Positions 13,243 to 26,100 of a stretch of DNA of 64,000 nt are shown piece after piece (within the stretch, counting starts at the first letter, position 1; each line of letters opens with the position of its first letter). The notes beneath the pieces were generated by a model, which worked only from the letters and a program-made list of their open reading frames with translations, was not told the origin of the DNA and searched no databases. The stretch comes from Vitrella brassicaformis CCMP3155 (lineage: Eukaryota; Protista; Chromerida), in NCBI GenBank assembly GCA_001179505.1, contig CDMY01000353.1, positions 1 through 64,000 of the forward strand, given 5' to 3'. The position numbers were made by a program, and so were the translations under genes.

Positions 13243-14106
13243 ATGAGGAGCATTTGCTTGACCGCATCGATGATGTCGGTGATCTCTCTATCTCATGCTT
13301 TCCTCCCTCCTCCTTACCCGACCAGCGCCGCTCTTTCATCATCACGGTGGCTCCGGAGCAGCAGCAACGCCCAGATCCTCCAAATGTGGGCACCACATGC
13401 GGCCGAGCCATCGTCGTCACGAAGAGAGTGGATCAAGCAGAACAGCGCTGGCGCTGCTTTGGTGGCCGTTCCATTGCTGCTTGTGAGAGGGGCGGATGCG
13501 GCCGAAGGAGAGGACGTGAAGCTCTTCACTGATGTGGAGCCCTTCGTGGAGGAAGTCTTGCAAGCCAGGTCAGGACACGGCCGCCTCTCACTCACTGACT
13601 CACTCACTCACTGAAAAACTGGATGGTCGTGTCGGCTGCTGCATGGGTCTCTTCTATGCGTCGTGCAGGACGGCCTTCAGTCGGATTCAGCCTTTCATCG
13701 ATGACAAGGTGCGTAGGGGCCAAGGTGCCAACGGCTCACTATCCCATGCGTTTGTTGACCTGCCTGACTGCCTGCCTCCCTGCAGGACTACACGTCGGTT
13801 CGGAGCCTCCTGCGTGCCGGAGCGATGAGCAGCCCCCGTGTGTCGGTGTTTCGCATCATCAAGCGCCTCAAGGGCGACGACAAGAAGGCCCTTGAGGCGG
13901 CCTACGGCGACTGGAAGAGCGCCATCGACGCCTTCGACAAGAAATGCACCGAAGGGGAGCGATATGGGCTGGAGGGGGACAGTGAGAGGGAGTGGCGGAG
14001 AATGTGGAGCGAGCTGAGGACCAAGTTTGACACGATGGTGGTGGCGCTGCCATTCAGGGAGGATGTGGAGAACAGACTGGCAGCCAGACAGACCGGGGGC
14101 AGATAG
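13243..14106 (+). CDS. Predicted thylakoid-lumen protein, PsbQ-like four-helix bundle
   Basis: Signal peptide ending SHA-F, Ser-rich transit peptide, then twin-Arg SSSRREWIK plus a hydrophobic stretch and ADA cleavage site. The mature part (DKDYTSVRSLLRAG..SPRVSVFRIIKRL..DDKKALEAAYGDWKSAIDAFD) is amphipathic-helical. Confidence 0.55.
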
Positions 14107-14770
14107 ACACATGAATAGATACAGAGGGACGATGGCCGGCCCGTGCCGATTGCTGTGCCTCTACGCCCGCCAGCCGTTACTTGCTTGCCGGATCTTAGCA
14201 ATGCAGAGCCGCGAGTGAGCGTAGAGGCACATCGAACCGGGCGACGGACGCATTTGTCAGGTTTGGTTCATGCATTGGTCGGTCGCTGCTGAGTGGGGAG
14301 TGCATGGCATGCATTGATTGATCGCATTCGTGGGTGGGTGCATTGCATTGAGTACGTGGCCACACACACATGTGTCCGTGTGGAACGAACGGCGGGACGG
14401 ACGGATATTCGTGTGGTGTGTTATGTACATAGACAGACATTGCTTTAAGCCAGCCAATAGGGACGAGCAACGACATTAATGAAGTGGATGAATAAATTTC
14501 ACCACGCCCAGACGCGGTCCTGTCCATCACCTATCACGCACGATAACCACTTCCGTCCCTCGATGATTGATAATCCCGCACAAGTAGCTAGCTGGGGGTA
14601 CGTAGTCGGCCAGATTGCCCCTCGTGCATGTCAATGTCTCATTGGTGCTAGGCGACCGGCATGACAGATAGATAAGTGGGCTCTTCGGGTCATCGAGAGG
14701 GTGTGGTGTATGTATGCCACGGATCATGACACGACGACTCAAAAGGAGTCCTTGTACGAGATGTGTCATC

Positions 14771-15056
14771 TGTGTCTCCTCTGGGAGGAATGAGAAAAAG
14801 ACAGAAGACAGAAGCGCAGTAAGAACGGGAAAACAGTCGTGCCGATATAAAATGTAGCCAGCGATCTGGGCGGCCCTTACCCACCCACTCACTCGCTCAT
14901 ACTACCCCAGTCCAATCACAACCCTCCCTTGGGTGCGGGTGTGTCTCCTCTGCTTGTGAGTGCGCTGGGAGAAGTAAGGAAAGGACGGAAGCGCAGTAAG
15001 AAAGGGAAAACACTCGTGCCGATATGAAATGTAGCCAGCGATCTGGGCTGCCCTTG
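14771..15056. repeat. Imperfect tandem direct duplication (~110-bp core, ~175-bp period)
   Basis: gaagcgcagtaagaa.gggaaaaca.tcgtgccgatat.aaatgtagccagcgatctgggc.gccctt occurs at ~14811-14878 and ~14988-15056. Both copies are preceded by gtgtctcctctg. Confidence 0.85.
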
Positions 15057-15282
15057 CTGTTGGTGTGGGGTCCGCCACCTTGGCCCGTTGATACTCATAT
15101 ACACGTTGTACTTGTTTGGGTCCAAGACGGCGGCCAGCCCTCTACCTGAGCATCGAGCTCCGCCAGAGCCGCCTTGAGACGTGCTTGTTCTTCGTAGAAT
15201 TTTGGCCACGCGAAGTGGCGCGTCGTTCGACTCATCAGCTGAGCGATAGACTAACTTCGCGATATCATGGGTAGGCGTAAGC

Positions 15283-17450
15283 GACAATCTTCCCTTTGTC
15301 TATTGTTTCTATGGCCTTGACGCACTCGAAGTACCCCGGGAAGAAGGCGCTCTCGACCTTGTAGATGAAGGCGTTGCTGAAGCAACCGACAGACAGACAG
15401 ACAGACAGATACACACCACATACATTCACCACACCATCACACCATATTCGTCACTCACTGACCTGGAACGAATATGATGAAGCTCTTGGTTGTGTCGGTT
15501 GCCCTCACTTCGCGCAGCAGCCTCTTGTGCTCGACTTCTGCACGCACAGACAAGCATGGCATGCATGGCACTCTCATCCATCCATACCTTTCTTCTGACT
15601 CACCGAGCAGGGCTTTCGCCACATGCAGGATGTCTACGTCGTGACATAGTTGTACAGTCTTGGGGTCGCTCTTGTGGAAGAAGCCTTCCCCTCCGCTGAC
15701 GATGAATGGGTCGAGCAACCTCGCGGCCTCAGCCGGCTCCAGCTGCACCAGCATACACACAGGCACACACAAATACGCCAGGCAACACATATACAGATGC
15801 ATGCGTGTATGTATACGTCGAATTGCTTAATTGCTTGCCTTGACGGCTGTCCGATGGATGAGGTCCTTCACCAAGGCCGGTGCGAGCCTGTCAGTCACAA
15901 ACACACGAGACACGTGCCATACAAACACACGTATGTATGGCAGGCATATATGTACATGTGTGTGCACGTGACGTACATGTCTATGAGTCGTGTGTCCGAG
16001 CCGGGGCTCATGACGGTGTCCAGGCAGGCCGCCTCGATAGCATGGCGACGGCCGCGGACGTGCACGTGTGCACACGCCGTGCTGGGGGACGACACGAAGT
16101 CACGAATCTCGCCTGAATTAATCAGCACAGAATGGGAACGGACCAGCCACAGACAGAGGCCAGTCACATCATCTGTTGTTGACGCTCGACGCTCACTCAC
16201 CCATCTGTGCAGTGGCCGACATGAATACGAACTTCTGTTCGCGACCACGGACAGACCTTGACAGTAGGTCCTTGACCATCTTCTGCAGACAGACAGACAG
16301 ACAGGCAACGTATGGATACCAACGTGCAAATTAATGTCACGTCGTGCACCCATGCAGATCGAGTGTGAGCTTACCAGCACGAATTGGGTATCTTGATCCT
16401 TCTGGTGGATCTCGTCGATAATCACAAACTTGTACTTGTCTATCTTTTGGTAGTGGATGTACTGACGGAGAACACCTGCATGCACAAAGTGCCAAGGACA
16501 TACTTACAGTACTTACATGCATGCACACATACATACGTACACACGCACAAACGGCCACAGAAGTAAGTGTAGACGCGACATACGTGACCGCCGTGACCAC
16601 TAGGAATTGGGTCTTGGCACTCTTGCAGGGCTCCTCCAAACCGATGTGGCAGCCCACGAAGTCGCCCACCTTGCCATTTCCCAGGCCATGGGGCCACAAG
16701 CCGCCGAACTCACCTGCCGTGCGCCTGATGGTATGAACCGATCCAATCCACACACACACACACACACACACATATTGTCAAGTGAGGCCTGGGGTACAAT
16801 TCGCTGTGTGTGTGTTTGACTGCGCACCCGGCCAGGCGTTTGGCTGCTATTCGTGTGGGTTGGCAAATGACCAAGTTGGCGCTCGGGTCGTCTAGAAGGA
16901 GCATAAGTGGGATCTGATCGACCAACCCGGCCCACAGAAGCAGACAGAGCACGCAACAAGTACACGGACGGTTGGAGGTAGGTGCATAAATGATGAATTC
17001 ATTACCCGGGTGGACTTCCCTGTTCCTGTGTCCCCCGTGACAAACGTAAAGGTGTGGATCCGCACTGCCGACAGCAAGCTCTACACCACGCACACAGCAC
17101 ACAGAGACAGACAGACAGACAGACACGTGTGAGAGTGTATGTGTCGGCTGGCAGCCAACCAGGAAGGACGTGTGTGCATACCTACCTCGACTACTAGGTT
17201 GGCGCGCAAGAACTCGAGGTGTCTCATCGGGTCCAAGATGCGGAGGACGTCGTCGTCGGTCACGTCGGTAAGCTGAGCTGCTTGTCCTCTCTGCGTGCAC
17301 GGCAGCTCGTCCTGCACACACACACGCACACACACACTTATATAAATAAAAAGTCCCATGCTCTCTTCTGCCGATAATAAGCGTTGATCTATCCTTTGCG
17401 TCGATATCATGTATAATAAGGAATCTCAGCACTTCTCCTTTTTTTGTCAT
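15283..17450 (-). pseudogene. DEAH/DExH-box RNA helicase fragment (RecA1 complete, ends after motif IV); truncated gene or pseudogene
   Basis: VTGDTGTGKST (~17013-17040), VICQPTRIAAKRLA, VGCHIG, VIIDEIH (DEIH 16405-16416), FVFMSAT (~16211-16230) and FIIFVPG (~15463). No motif V or VI (QRxGRAGR) is found downstream, where all frames stop early. Confidence 0.6.
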
Positions 17451-18209
17451 CCCCTAAACACACAACACAAGACCATGTCTATCTGTCTACATGTGTAGCA
17501 TATTCGCAATCACTTTTAGATACACAGAATAGCGCCCGTACACGCCAAATCCTTTTCTCCATCATTGGCCTTCGATGTCGAATTCGCTTGTCACTCCTCT
17601 CGGGTGAGAAGGGTCACGCTCACACCTCTCTCGTCCTTGGTGGAGTGCATGGTGAGGTGGGCGAAGGGGCAGGCCCGTCGTAGCGAGAGGCAGGGATCTA
17701 GGGACGGGCCGACGACGAACCTCGAATGCTGCAAACACTCAAACACGCGCACGCATCAATGCCAGATTCCGCTGATGCGTCACCTGCTGCCGGGATGACG
17801 TTGATGTTCATGTAGCCCCAGAGATGCTGATCCTGGCTTGCGAAGGAGCTGCGAGCAGAGCACGGCTATCCGAATTGATAAAAATGATTAGGCAGAGACG
17901 GGACGGGACGGAAAAAGTCGCGAAATTCTCGGCGTCTCGAATTGAGGCCATAACTCCCCCAATATAATCCAAGCTCCTTGACAACGTTCAGTACACCTCA
18001 GAAGGTATTGACCTCAGCGCTCACCACACAGCAACAGCTGCAATGTGATTGTCCACGGACGTGTATGTGGCATCGCCCTGGCCCCCTTAGGCATGCTTTG
18101 TACGTATGTATCTATTCATCAACCATACATAAAGGCACGCAATTGCACGCACAGGCAACACGTGAACAACAAATGCATCGACACACCACATCCCCATCTA
18201 CCATACCAG

Positions 18210-19905
18210 CTACAGTCCCGTCTTTCGTTTGCCGGCCTTGTGCGTCTTCTCCTTCTTGACGCGATGGCCGCCATGGGAGTTGTGCTTGCTGCTTGGGTAT
18301 CCGTTGCTGGCCATCATGTCGGACCGCCGCTTCTTGAGGCAGTCGTTGCAATACCACTGCTCGGGCAACGGGTAGTCAGGAGACAGGTTCTGACGGACAA
18401 CAGGCAGCGTCAATGCAGGAGTGTGTGGTTTGTGCACACATCATCTCTGTGCCCCCTTCTCTTCTGCTCTGCTCACCACACACACGTCGTGGAACCAGGC
18501 TCCGCAGGGCCCGTCACAGCCTATCATCCTCTGGCATCCCTCCAACATGTGGTACGACCCCTGCCGGCATATCGGACACAAATCCTCGGTGCTCTCCTGG
18601 TGGTGCGCCGCACCAGGTGGTGCGATGCCGCCGCCCTCCACTGCCACTGGCAGCCCGTCCCCAGCTGCCGTCATGTCACTCTCGGTCTTGACACGCACCA
18701 GTGGCTGCTGCTGCTGCTGGTGCGGTGGCGGTGCGTGTGACTTGGCCTTGCGGGAAGAGGCGGTGGGCTGCTGCTGCTGCTGCTGCTGGTGGTACTGCTG
18801 GTGTTGGTTGGCGTGGTCAGGTATGTCGTCACCGTTGGCCAAAGGGGGGAGGGGCCCGTCATCGAATGCGTCGAGGCCGGGAGGAGGTGGAGCGATCGAT
18901 GGCGGCACACCTGACCGATTCAGGACAGCAGAGAGAGCCACACAAACGAACGCCAAACGAGTGGCTTCTGTCCGCACAGTCCATCTGTCTGTCTGTCTGG
19001 GCACTCCACTGCCCTCTTGCCTACCGTTGGTATTGGTCCTAGCGGTCTGGTGTTTGGATTTCTTGCTGGGGTCGCGGGACTTGTTGCGGCCCTCTTGCTG
19101 CCCCTGCTGCCGATGTTTGGACCGCTTCTGTGCCGGCCCGTCCACATCGCCAGCTACGCTGCTGCCGCCGCCACCCACACTACCACCCGCACCAGCAACG
19201 AGGGAACCGGCCTGCATTGCATGAGGGACACAACACCACACAGACACACACACACATACACACACACACACACACACAGGAGATGAGCAGACGTTGTTGT
19301 GCGTGCGCGCCTGTGTGTTGTGTGGGTGCATCCATCCATGTTGCTCACATCGTCCCGTTCCCGTTTGATTGCTCCCTCTCCCCCGGCCGCCATGAGCATG
19401 TCATCCTGCACCTCACGCCACTGCCGCAGGTCGCCGTCGACCTCCTTGAGCTTCTTCTTGTAGAAGCAGATGATGGCCTCCATCTTCTCGCACACACGCA
19501 GCTTCTCCTCATGGTTGGCGCGCTTGGCCATCTGCAGCTCTGCGATGCGCCTCAGCTTCTCGTGCTGAAACGGCTGGCCCGTCTGGTCCATCTCTCGCCT
19601 GGCCCGGCTCCTGTCGGCCTTGGTGTACTCGCGGAGGGCGCTGAGGTACTCGTGCTGCAGCGACTCAAGCTCGTTGTTAATGATGTTGGCCTTGCGGTCC
19701 AGCTCTCGTACAAGGGCCAGGTGGCGCGTGACCCAGCCTATGACACACACCACGGCAGCAAACCGTCAGTGTACATGTTTTGTTGCATTCACTATTCAGG
19801 CGCACCTGGTACGGGAGCCACCTCGTCGAGGAAGTGATCGAACTTATCCTGTGCGGCATTGGCGTCGGCAGGCGGCGTCGGCCAGGAGGGCGAGGGAAGG
19901 TACAT
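18210..19905 (-). CDS. ING: Inhibitor-of-growth (ING) family PHD-finger protein
   Basis: N-terminal ING coiled coil (DHFLDEVAPVP...HLALVRELDRK...EEKLRVCEKM...KKLKEVDGDL), a low-complexity Q-rich linker, and a C-terminal PHD (CPIC...MIGCDGPCGAWFHDVCV...EQWYCNDC). Confidence 0.85.
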
Positions 19906-20145
19906 GGGAGCCACTGGCAACTACCTGCGAGCTAGCGATCGCTCAGGGATTCTCTCCCTTCGGTTCCCTTCCTTCTCAGGCCTCAAGTCTGTAGCAGAAT
20001 CATCACTCGTCTATCATTCCAACGAATGCTCATTGCAAAGCGCAGCCCCGTCCATATTCCTTCTATGTAGCATTTCCCCCCGAGCTCTGCAGGTAGGCGT
20101 CTTGAGCCCTTCAAGTGTTTTCCCCCGTCATCGCTCGCTGCCACG

Positions 20146-22892
20146 ATGGTGGTGGTTTCACGAATCGCCGCTGTCAACGAAGTCAGCATGGCCCTCACAG
20201 AGAAAACACGCCTTCCATCTATCCTTCCCTCTCTGCATGTGCCATGTGTGCAGGGGATTCATCACCTTCACCGGTTCGATCGGCCAATTGGGCCTTCCCG
20301 AACGGCATCCCAGAAGGGCGGGACGTCGCCACTGAGTCCGTCCAAGACCATCTTGAAGCGGAGCGCCACTAAGGACACCGAACAGAGTGTCGGCAGTCAG
20401 CACATCACCGATGACGTCCTGGAAAAGTACAAAAAGCTGGACGTGCTCGAGGTGGAGGAACTCAACTCTGACAAGGACACGCCATTCGTCGACAAGGCTT
20501 TCTTCAACCTGGGGATCGGCGTGGTCATCATGCTCAATGTAAGGACGGCTGCTTCCATTTCTCTCTCTGCCTGTGTACACGTGACTGTGATTGTAGGCTG
20601 CGTATATTGGGATAGAGGTGGACCTCGGGAAGCCCTCGTCGACGCCCATCAAGGACCGCATCGGCTGGTACTTGGTCGAGAATGTCTTCACAATCACATT
20701 CACAGGTATGCATACGTCAAGGACAGAGTGACCTGTCTTCCTTTCTCCTCTCTTTTCGTCCAGCCGAGATGATTTTGCGCCTGTACTACACTCGTTTTCG
20801 CTACTTTACCGACATGTGGAACTTGCTCGACTGTGCTCTCGTGTTTCTGGGCTTGGTGGACACCTACGTGCTGACATTTATCGGACAAGGAGGCAAGCTC
20901 AGGGCCCTCTCAATTTTGCGAATCGCGAGGATGCTCCGTCTCGTGAGGCTTGTTCGGCTGCTGAGGATGTTCAGAGAGCTATGTAGGCGGACAAAGTGAG
21001 AGAACGAGGAACAGAAACGGCGTGATGGTCCTGTGTGTGCGCATATGTGCTCAGGGCTGATTGTGTTTGGCCTGATCCAGTCCCTGAAGACGCTGGGGTG
21101 GGTCGCGTTGCTGCTGCTGCTGATTCTGTATGTCATGGCAATTTTCATCACGATAATGGTGGGCAGAGGAACATCGGAGAGGGATTGCAATCCATCTCTT
21201 TGGCATTCGATTTGCCGTTGTGGTCTGTTAAGGTAGGAAAGGAGCCCCAGTTTTTGTACGACGACAAGGAGGAGTTTGACCGAGATGAACTTTTCGGAAC
21301 GGGTCAGTGCTGGGGGACTCCATTGCACTGCACTTGTATCCGATTCTCCCGCCTCTGTTCTCCTGAATACGCATTCAGTCCCTCGGTCGATGTACACGCT
21401 CTTCCAAGGTCAGTAAAAATGACGCGCGTATCCACATGTCTGTGCCCACTATTTGTTGCTTCTTGTTCGCTGTTTCTCCCCTTTGTGCAGTTATCACCCT
21501 GGAGAGCTGGAGCCAGGACATTGCGGTGAGCATCCATCCATTTCCTTTCCGTTACACTGTGGATTCGCATGTGTATATGTCTCAGCGTCCGATCATCAAG
21601 CGGCAGCCTGCCATGGTCATCTTCTTCATCCTCTTCCTCGTCGTCACCACTTTTGGATTGCTGGTCAGCACCCTCTGGGGTGTGTGGCTCTCTCTCATGC
21701 CTCGGTGTGGTGCAGAATATAGTGGTCGGTGTGATCGTCGAGAACACACTCGGTGAGATAGATAGATGCCTACTGCGTACGTCCGAATGAATAGCAGGCC
21801 TGTCTGTCCTGCTTCCTTCCCTGTATACATACTTGCTGTGCAGCCACTGCCCGCAACAATGAGGACAAGGAAAAGAAACAAATGGAGCTGGAAAGAATGC
21901 GCGTGCTCAAGCATCTGAGAGATGTCGGCACCGCGCACTACACTACACGGACCACTCCAGACGCGCATACACAAACACATTGATTGACATGAAACCCCTC
22001 TGTGCAGATATTTGTCCTGTCTGATGCGGACCAAAGCGGAACAATCACTCTCGAAGAGTTCAGGTGCGGAGCATCGACTCATGCGAGGCTGCAAGGGAGA
22101 CACAGCCAACATATTTGTGTGCGTGTCTCAGGGGCGCCTTTGACAATCCCGAGGTCTATGAGCTGCTTAGACAGATCGAGCTGCCAATACACGAGGCAGA
22201 GGTACCTACACACACATCTCACATTCTGTCGCTTCCCGCAGTACAGGCGTCCAAGCGTCTGCATTTCCTTTCATTCAGGAGTTGTTTATGATCCTCGACG
22301 GCGACAATTCGGGTGAGCTGTCGGTGGATGAGTTCATCGGGGGCTGTGTGCAGCTCAAGGGCAACCAGAAGCCCAAGGACATGCTCGCACTACAAATGAC
22401 TCTACAAGTGAACAGCCGTGTCATTTTCACTGACAACGTCTGTCTCTGCATTTGTGTGATGCCATTCATTTGCAGGCTCTTCAAAAGCGCGTCGAAACAG
22501 TGGAGGAGCGCATGCAGAAGAGCATGCAAAGATTACAGACACTCACCGCGAGAATGAAGGTCGCTACACGAGATATACACACATCAATGCACACTGATGA
22601 TGACTGACTGATTGCCTGCCTCGTCTCTGCCTGCCATGTGCAGGAAATCAGCGCGCTCGCACTGAATCGGAAGTTCCCTTTCAGCGGCGGCGGCGGCGGT
22701 CAGGGGGGCGGCACAAGCACCAGGCGCACCACACACGCCTCTGCTGCTGGGGGAGATGTGGGCGGCACTGGGCAGGAGGGACAGCATGGAGGGGGCATGT
22801 TCGAAGACGACAGGCCGTACGCCAGGGACAGTCCGCCTCCCATCCCCCCATTCCCCGCCTTCCTACCAGAGAGCCCCGTGGCAAATGAGTAG
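20146..22892 (+). CDS. Single-domain 6TM voltage-gated cation channel (bacterial Nav/EukCat-like) with two C-terminal EF-hands
   Basis: S1-S3 (FFNLGIGVVIMLN; EMILRLY; WNLLDC), S4 KLRALSILRIARMLRLVRLVRLLRMFREL, filter TLESWS (21496-21513), S6 LLNIVVGVIVENTL, EF-hands DADQSGTITLEEF and DGDNSGELSVDEF, and a terminal coiled coil. Confidence 0.9.
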
Positions 22893-23157
22893 ATTTGTGC
22901 ACAAATCAGTAGATTTGTGCATGTCATTCGTGTGTCCCTGATTTTGTCTCGGCTGCATGGTTCCTTCACCGTGCAGGGACAACCGTGTAGCTGTCCCTAC
23001 CCCACTCTCAACGTGACATTGTAGCGTCGTGAAAAGCGTAGTAGATTTCTCGAGAGATCTGCATAATTGCCCCCATGTGGCCCCCAGTCTTTGCCAAGTG
23101 ATATCGCTGAGTCGACGCTGACGTCGGTTCTCTCCCGCCTCTAAACAGGCATTCACT

Positions 23158-26100
23158 ATGAGTGAGAGCGGCAACAGAAGTCGAGCATCGAGCAAGAGTC
23201 GTGCCACAGTATTGGGCCAAGAGGAGGGAGGCATCATCGCCAGCTCAGTAGAAGGATTGTTTGCTGTCATGTAAGACTCGACGGGAGCCATCCCATCAAG
23301 CACACCCGTGTGTGAGTTGCTGTGTGTATGAATGAATGCAGATACGTGCTTGATTCAACCCGGCGAGGCCTCGTGGAGGAGTCTGGAGGCGGTTTCCTGC
23401 CTTATGTGAAGACGACTATCGTGTTTGTGCTGGAGTTTGTGCAGCTGGTGCCACTTCTGCTGCCGGAGGAAGACATTGCCCACTGCCCTGACTTTGATTT
23501 GTTTGACTCACATTGCTTTGCGGACCTGTGGATGCACCCATTAGGTGGGGCCGGTCTCAACGGGCACATCAAACTGCAACAGAGCAAAGTGCGTGGCTGT
23601 CTGTGCAGGTTTGTTGGCTGGCAGCAGCCGTACTCAGTATCTGACAGTGACGATCGCCGTGGCTCTTCTGGTCGTTATCGCGTGTGTTGGGGTGGTTTTC
23701 GTCGCTCGCTCTTTCCAGACACAGGAGGTGCACCTCACTTCTGCTATCTTCGGCCTCCGGATGTTTGTCAACATCGGCATGTAAAGCTCTCGCAGCTGAA
23801 GAGCTGACATTGCTTTCTCACCTCGTGTCTTGTTTGTCAGTTTGACGCTCTTCACGACCACCACTCGTCTGCTATCGAGTATGTTCACGTGTTCGTCGCT
23901 CCAGTACTATGTGGAAGGACACATCAAGTGCTGGAGTGAGTGTGTCGCTGATACGCAGAGAGAAAGGTGACTGTCCACATAAGTCTGTTCTTATTTCTTC
24001 CAGGCCCGGCCCACAACGGTGTCTTGTTTGTCAGTGTGTTGGCTCTCACCATGTTCCTGCCTTTCTCTGCGCTCATCTTCTACCTCTACAACCATTTCTT
24101 CTTCTTTACTGGCGATCCTGCCGCTGCTGCTCACGGCCGCGTGGAGTTGCTATTCTTTCTCACCAAGTGCATCGTCATAACAACATTCATATACACTATC
24201 TCGACCTCGGGCGCGGCCGTCTACTGCTCCAGCCTCAACGCATTGGCTCTCTTTGTCATCTCGCTGCTGTCTTTCCTGCAGTGCCCCTTCTATGAGGACT
24301 TCACAAACAGGGTGAGAAGACCACCTGGCTACCATCAGAGCTCTCTGAGATGCCTGTGTCTCCGCTATGTCGTCTCCGCTATCGGTTTTACCTGCAGTTA
24401 CGTCTGGGGCTGTTTCTTGCTCTCTTCGTCCTGCCGCTCAACACGTTCATCAAGAACGGCTCTGTGACGGCGGGCATGTCGGCGGCAGGGTTCCTGATCG
24501 GCATGGGCTCGGCCCTCGTGAGGAAGTCATGGCTGAGCGGCAAGGTGATGCACGAGGTGCACCTCAGCCACACAGACTTTGGTGAGGACTACAAGTATAT
24601 CCTTACCACCTTGATGAACGAGATCGCCGAGAATCCCCAGAGAAACAGAACCTCATTCCTCAGAGGAGGGCCGGTATGGTAGTACATTGAAACCAAGACG
24701 CAACAAGACCGTCATTTCTTGGACCTGTCGGTGTGTGCAGAGTGTTCGGGATGTGCCAGGCGCCGCAGTGGCCATTGAGGACGGCGAGGAGGGATATGTC
24801 GGGAGTGAGGAGGGGCTGGGCGCAGGTCTGCCGCCGGCCACGTACGACAACGAGATCGATATCGAGCATGAGGTGATGCTCGACAGGATCGTGTCTAAAC
24901 ATCGCATGGCACTCATCAAAAAGTCAGCGGCAGGACGGACAAGGAAAGAGAATGTCTAATGTCCTCTGAGTGGTTGTCTGCTGTCTGCAGGGCGTTATTC
25001 TTCGAGACGGATGTTGACCTGATGCTTCGCTATTTTGTGGACGAATGGCCGTACCTCTCGCACCACGAGCGGCAGGTTTCCGTCACTGTCATACAATCGG
25101 TGACATTTGCCGCCCTCCACGGCAAGTCGAAGCTCTTCAAGGCTTTTGGTTTCGCGTGGTACACGCTGTTCGCCAACAAATGCTTCGAGGAGACTGTCAT
25201 GTGCTACAAATACCTGAAGCTCGCCAAGCAATTCTCAAGTGAGAACGTACACATAAACAAATGCTTGAATGGCTTGTTTGGTTCGTTGTGCAGGCATCTT
25301 CCAGCTAGACATACTGTATCTCAAAACACAAAACAGAGATACACTCACAAGAGATAAGGAATACAGGATGTCTCTCGAGGGCTCATCATTGTGCAGGTAT
25401 CTCTGTTACCAGCTCGATAAGGACATTGAGACGGCCCGACAGTCGTCATACTTCGGGGCGCAGGAGGGCGGGCAGCTCAATTTGATGGACCTTATGACGT
25501 ACAGGAAGGTACATAATGGAGAGGAGGAAGCGACAACACGCGCCGTCAATCCGTGTGCCCCTGCAGTTCTCCCAATCGGCAAAAGACAATCACCGCAGGG
25601 CCCTCGAGAGACTGATGGAGTTCTGGAAACAACTGGTCAGCTGCAAACCAAGCTTTTCATTCTGCTCCTAATCTGTCTCTTCGGTCATTGCCAAGCATCG
25701 GTTATGTGTATGGCTGTAGACGTTGGCTTCGTATCTGGAGTGTCTGCAGCCGGGCCATGATCCAACGGGCAAGAAGCTCACCGGAGTGGCCAAGGGCAAG
25801 GTCACTCATCTCAAGAAGCTACTCAACAACGCCGTGGGGGCCGCCAGAAGGGCTGACTCGGCGTACAAGCATCTGACAGTGAACTTCAGCAAGAGCTCTG
25901 AATCAGGCGACAACTATGCCTCATTCCTTCGAAGCGTGTACCAAGACCCAGTCAGGGCCTCTTATCTGATGGTTGACAAGGAGGATGGAGCGTCGTCGCA
26001 GAAGGGGAGCTCGTAAGCTATATATCCTCCGCCTAGACCACCATTCTTGTCTTGTGTCGCTTCTGTGTGTGTGCATACCATACTTGTGTGTGACTGTATT

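Noticed and set aside
16470-16530. TGCATGCA (apicomplexan AP2-type motif) copies
   Set aside because: They sit in TG/CA-rich introns where such words arise by chance, and show no promoter positioning here.
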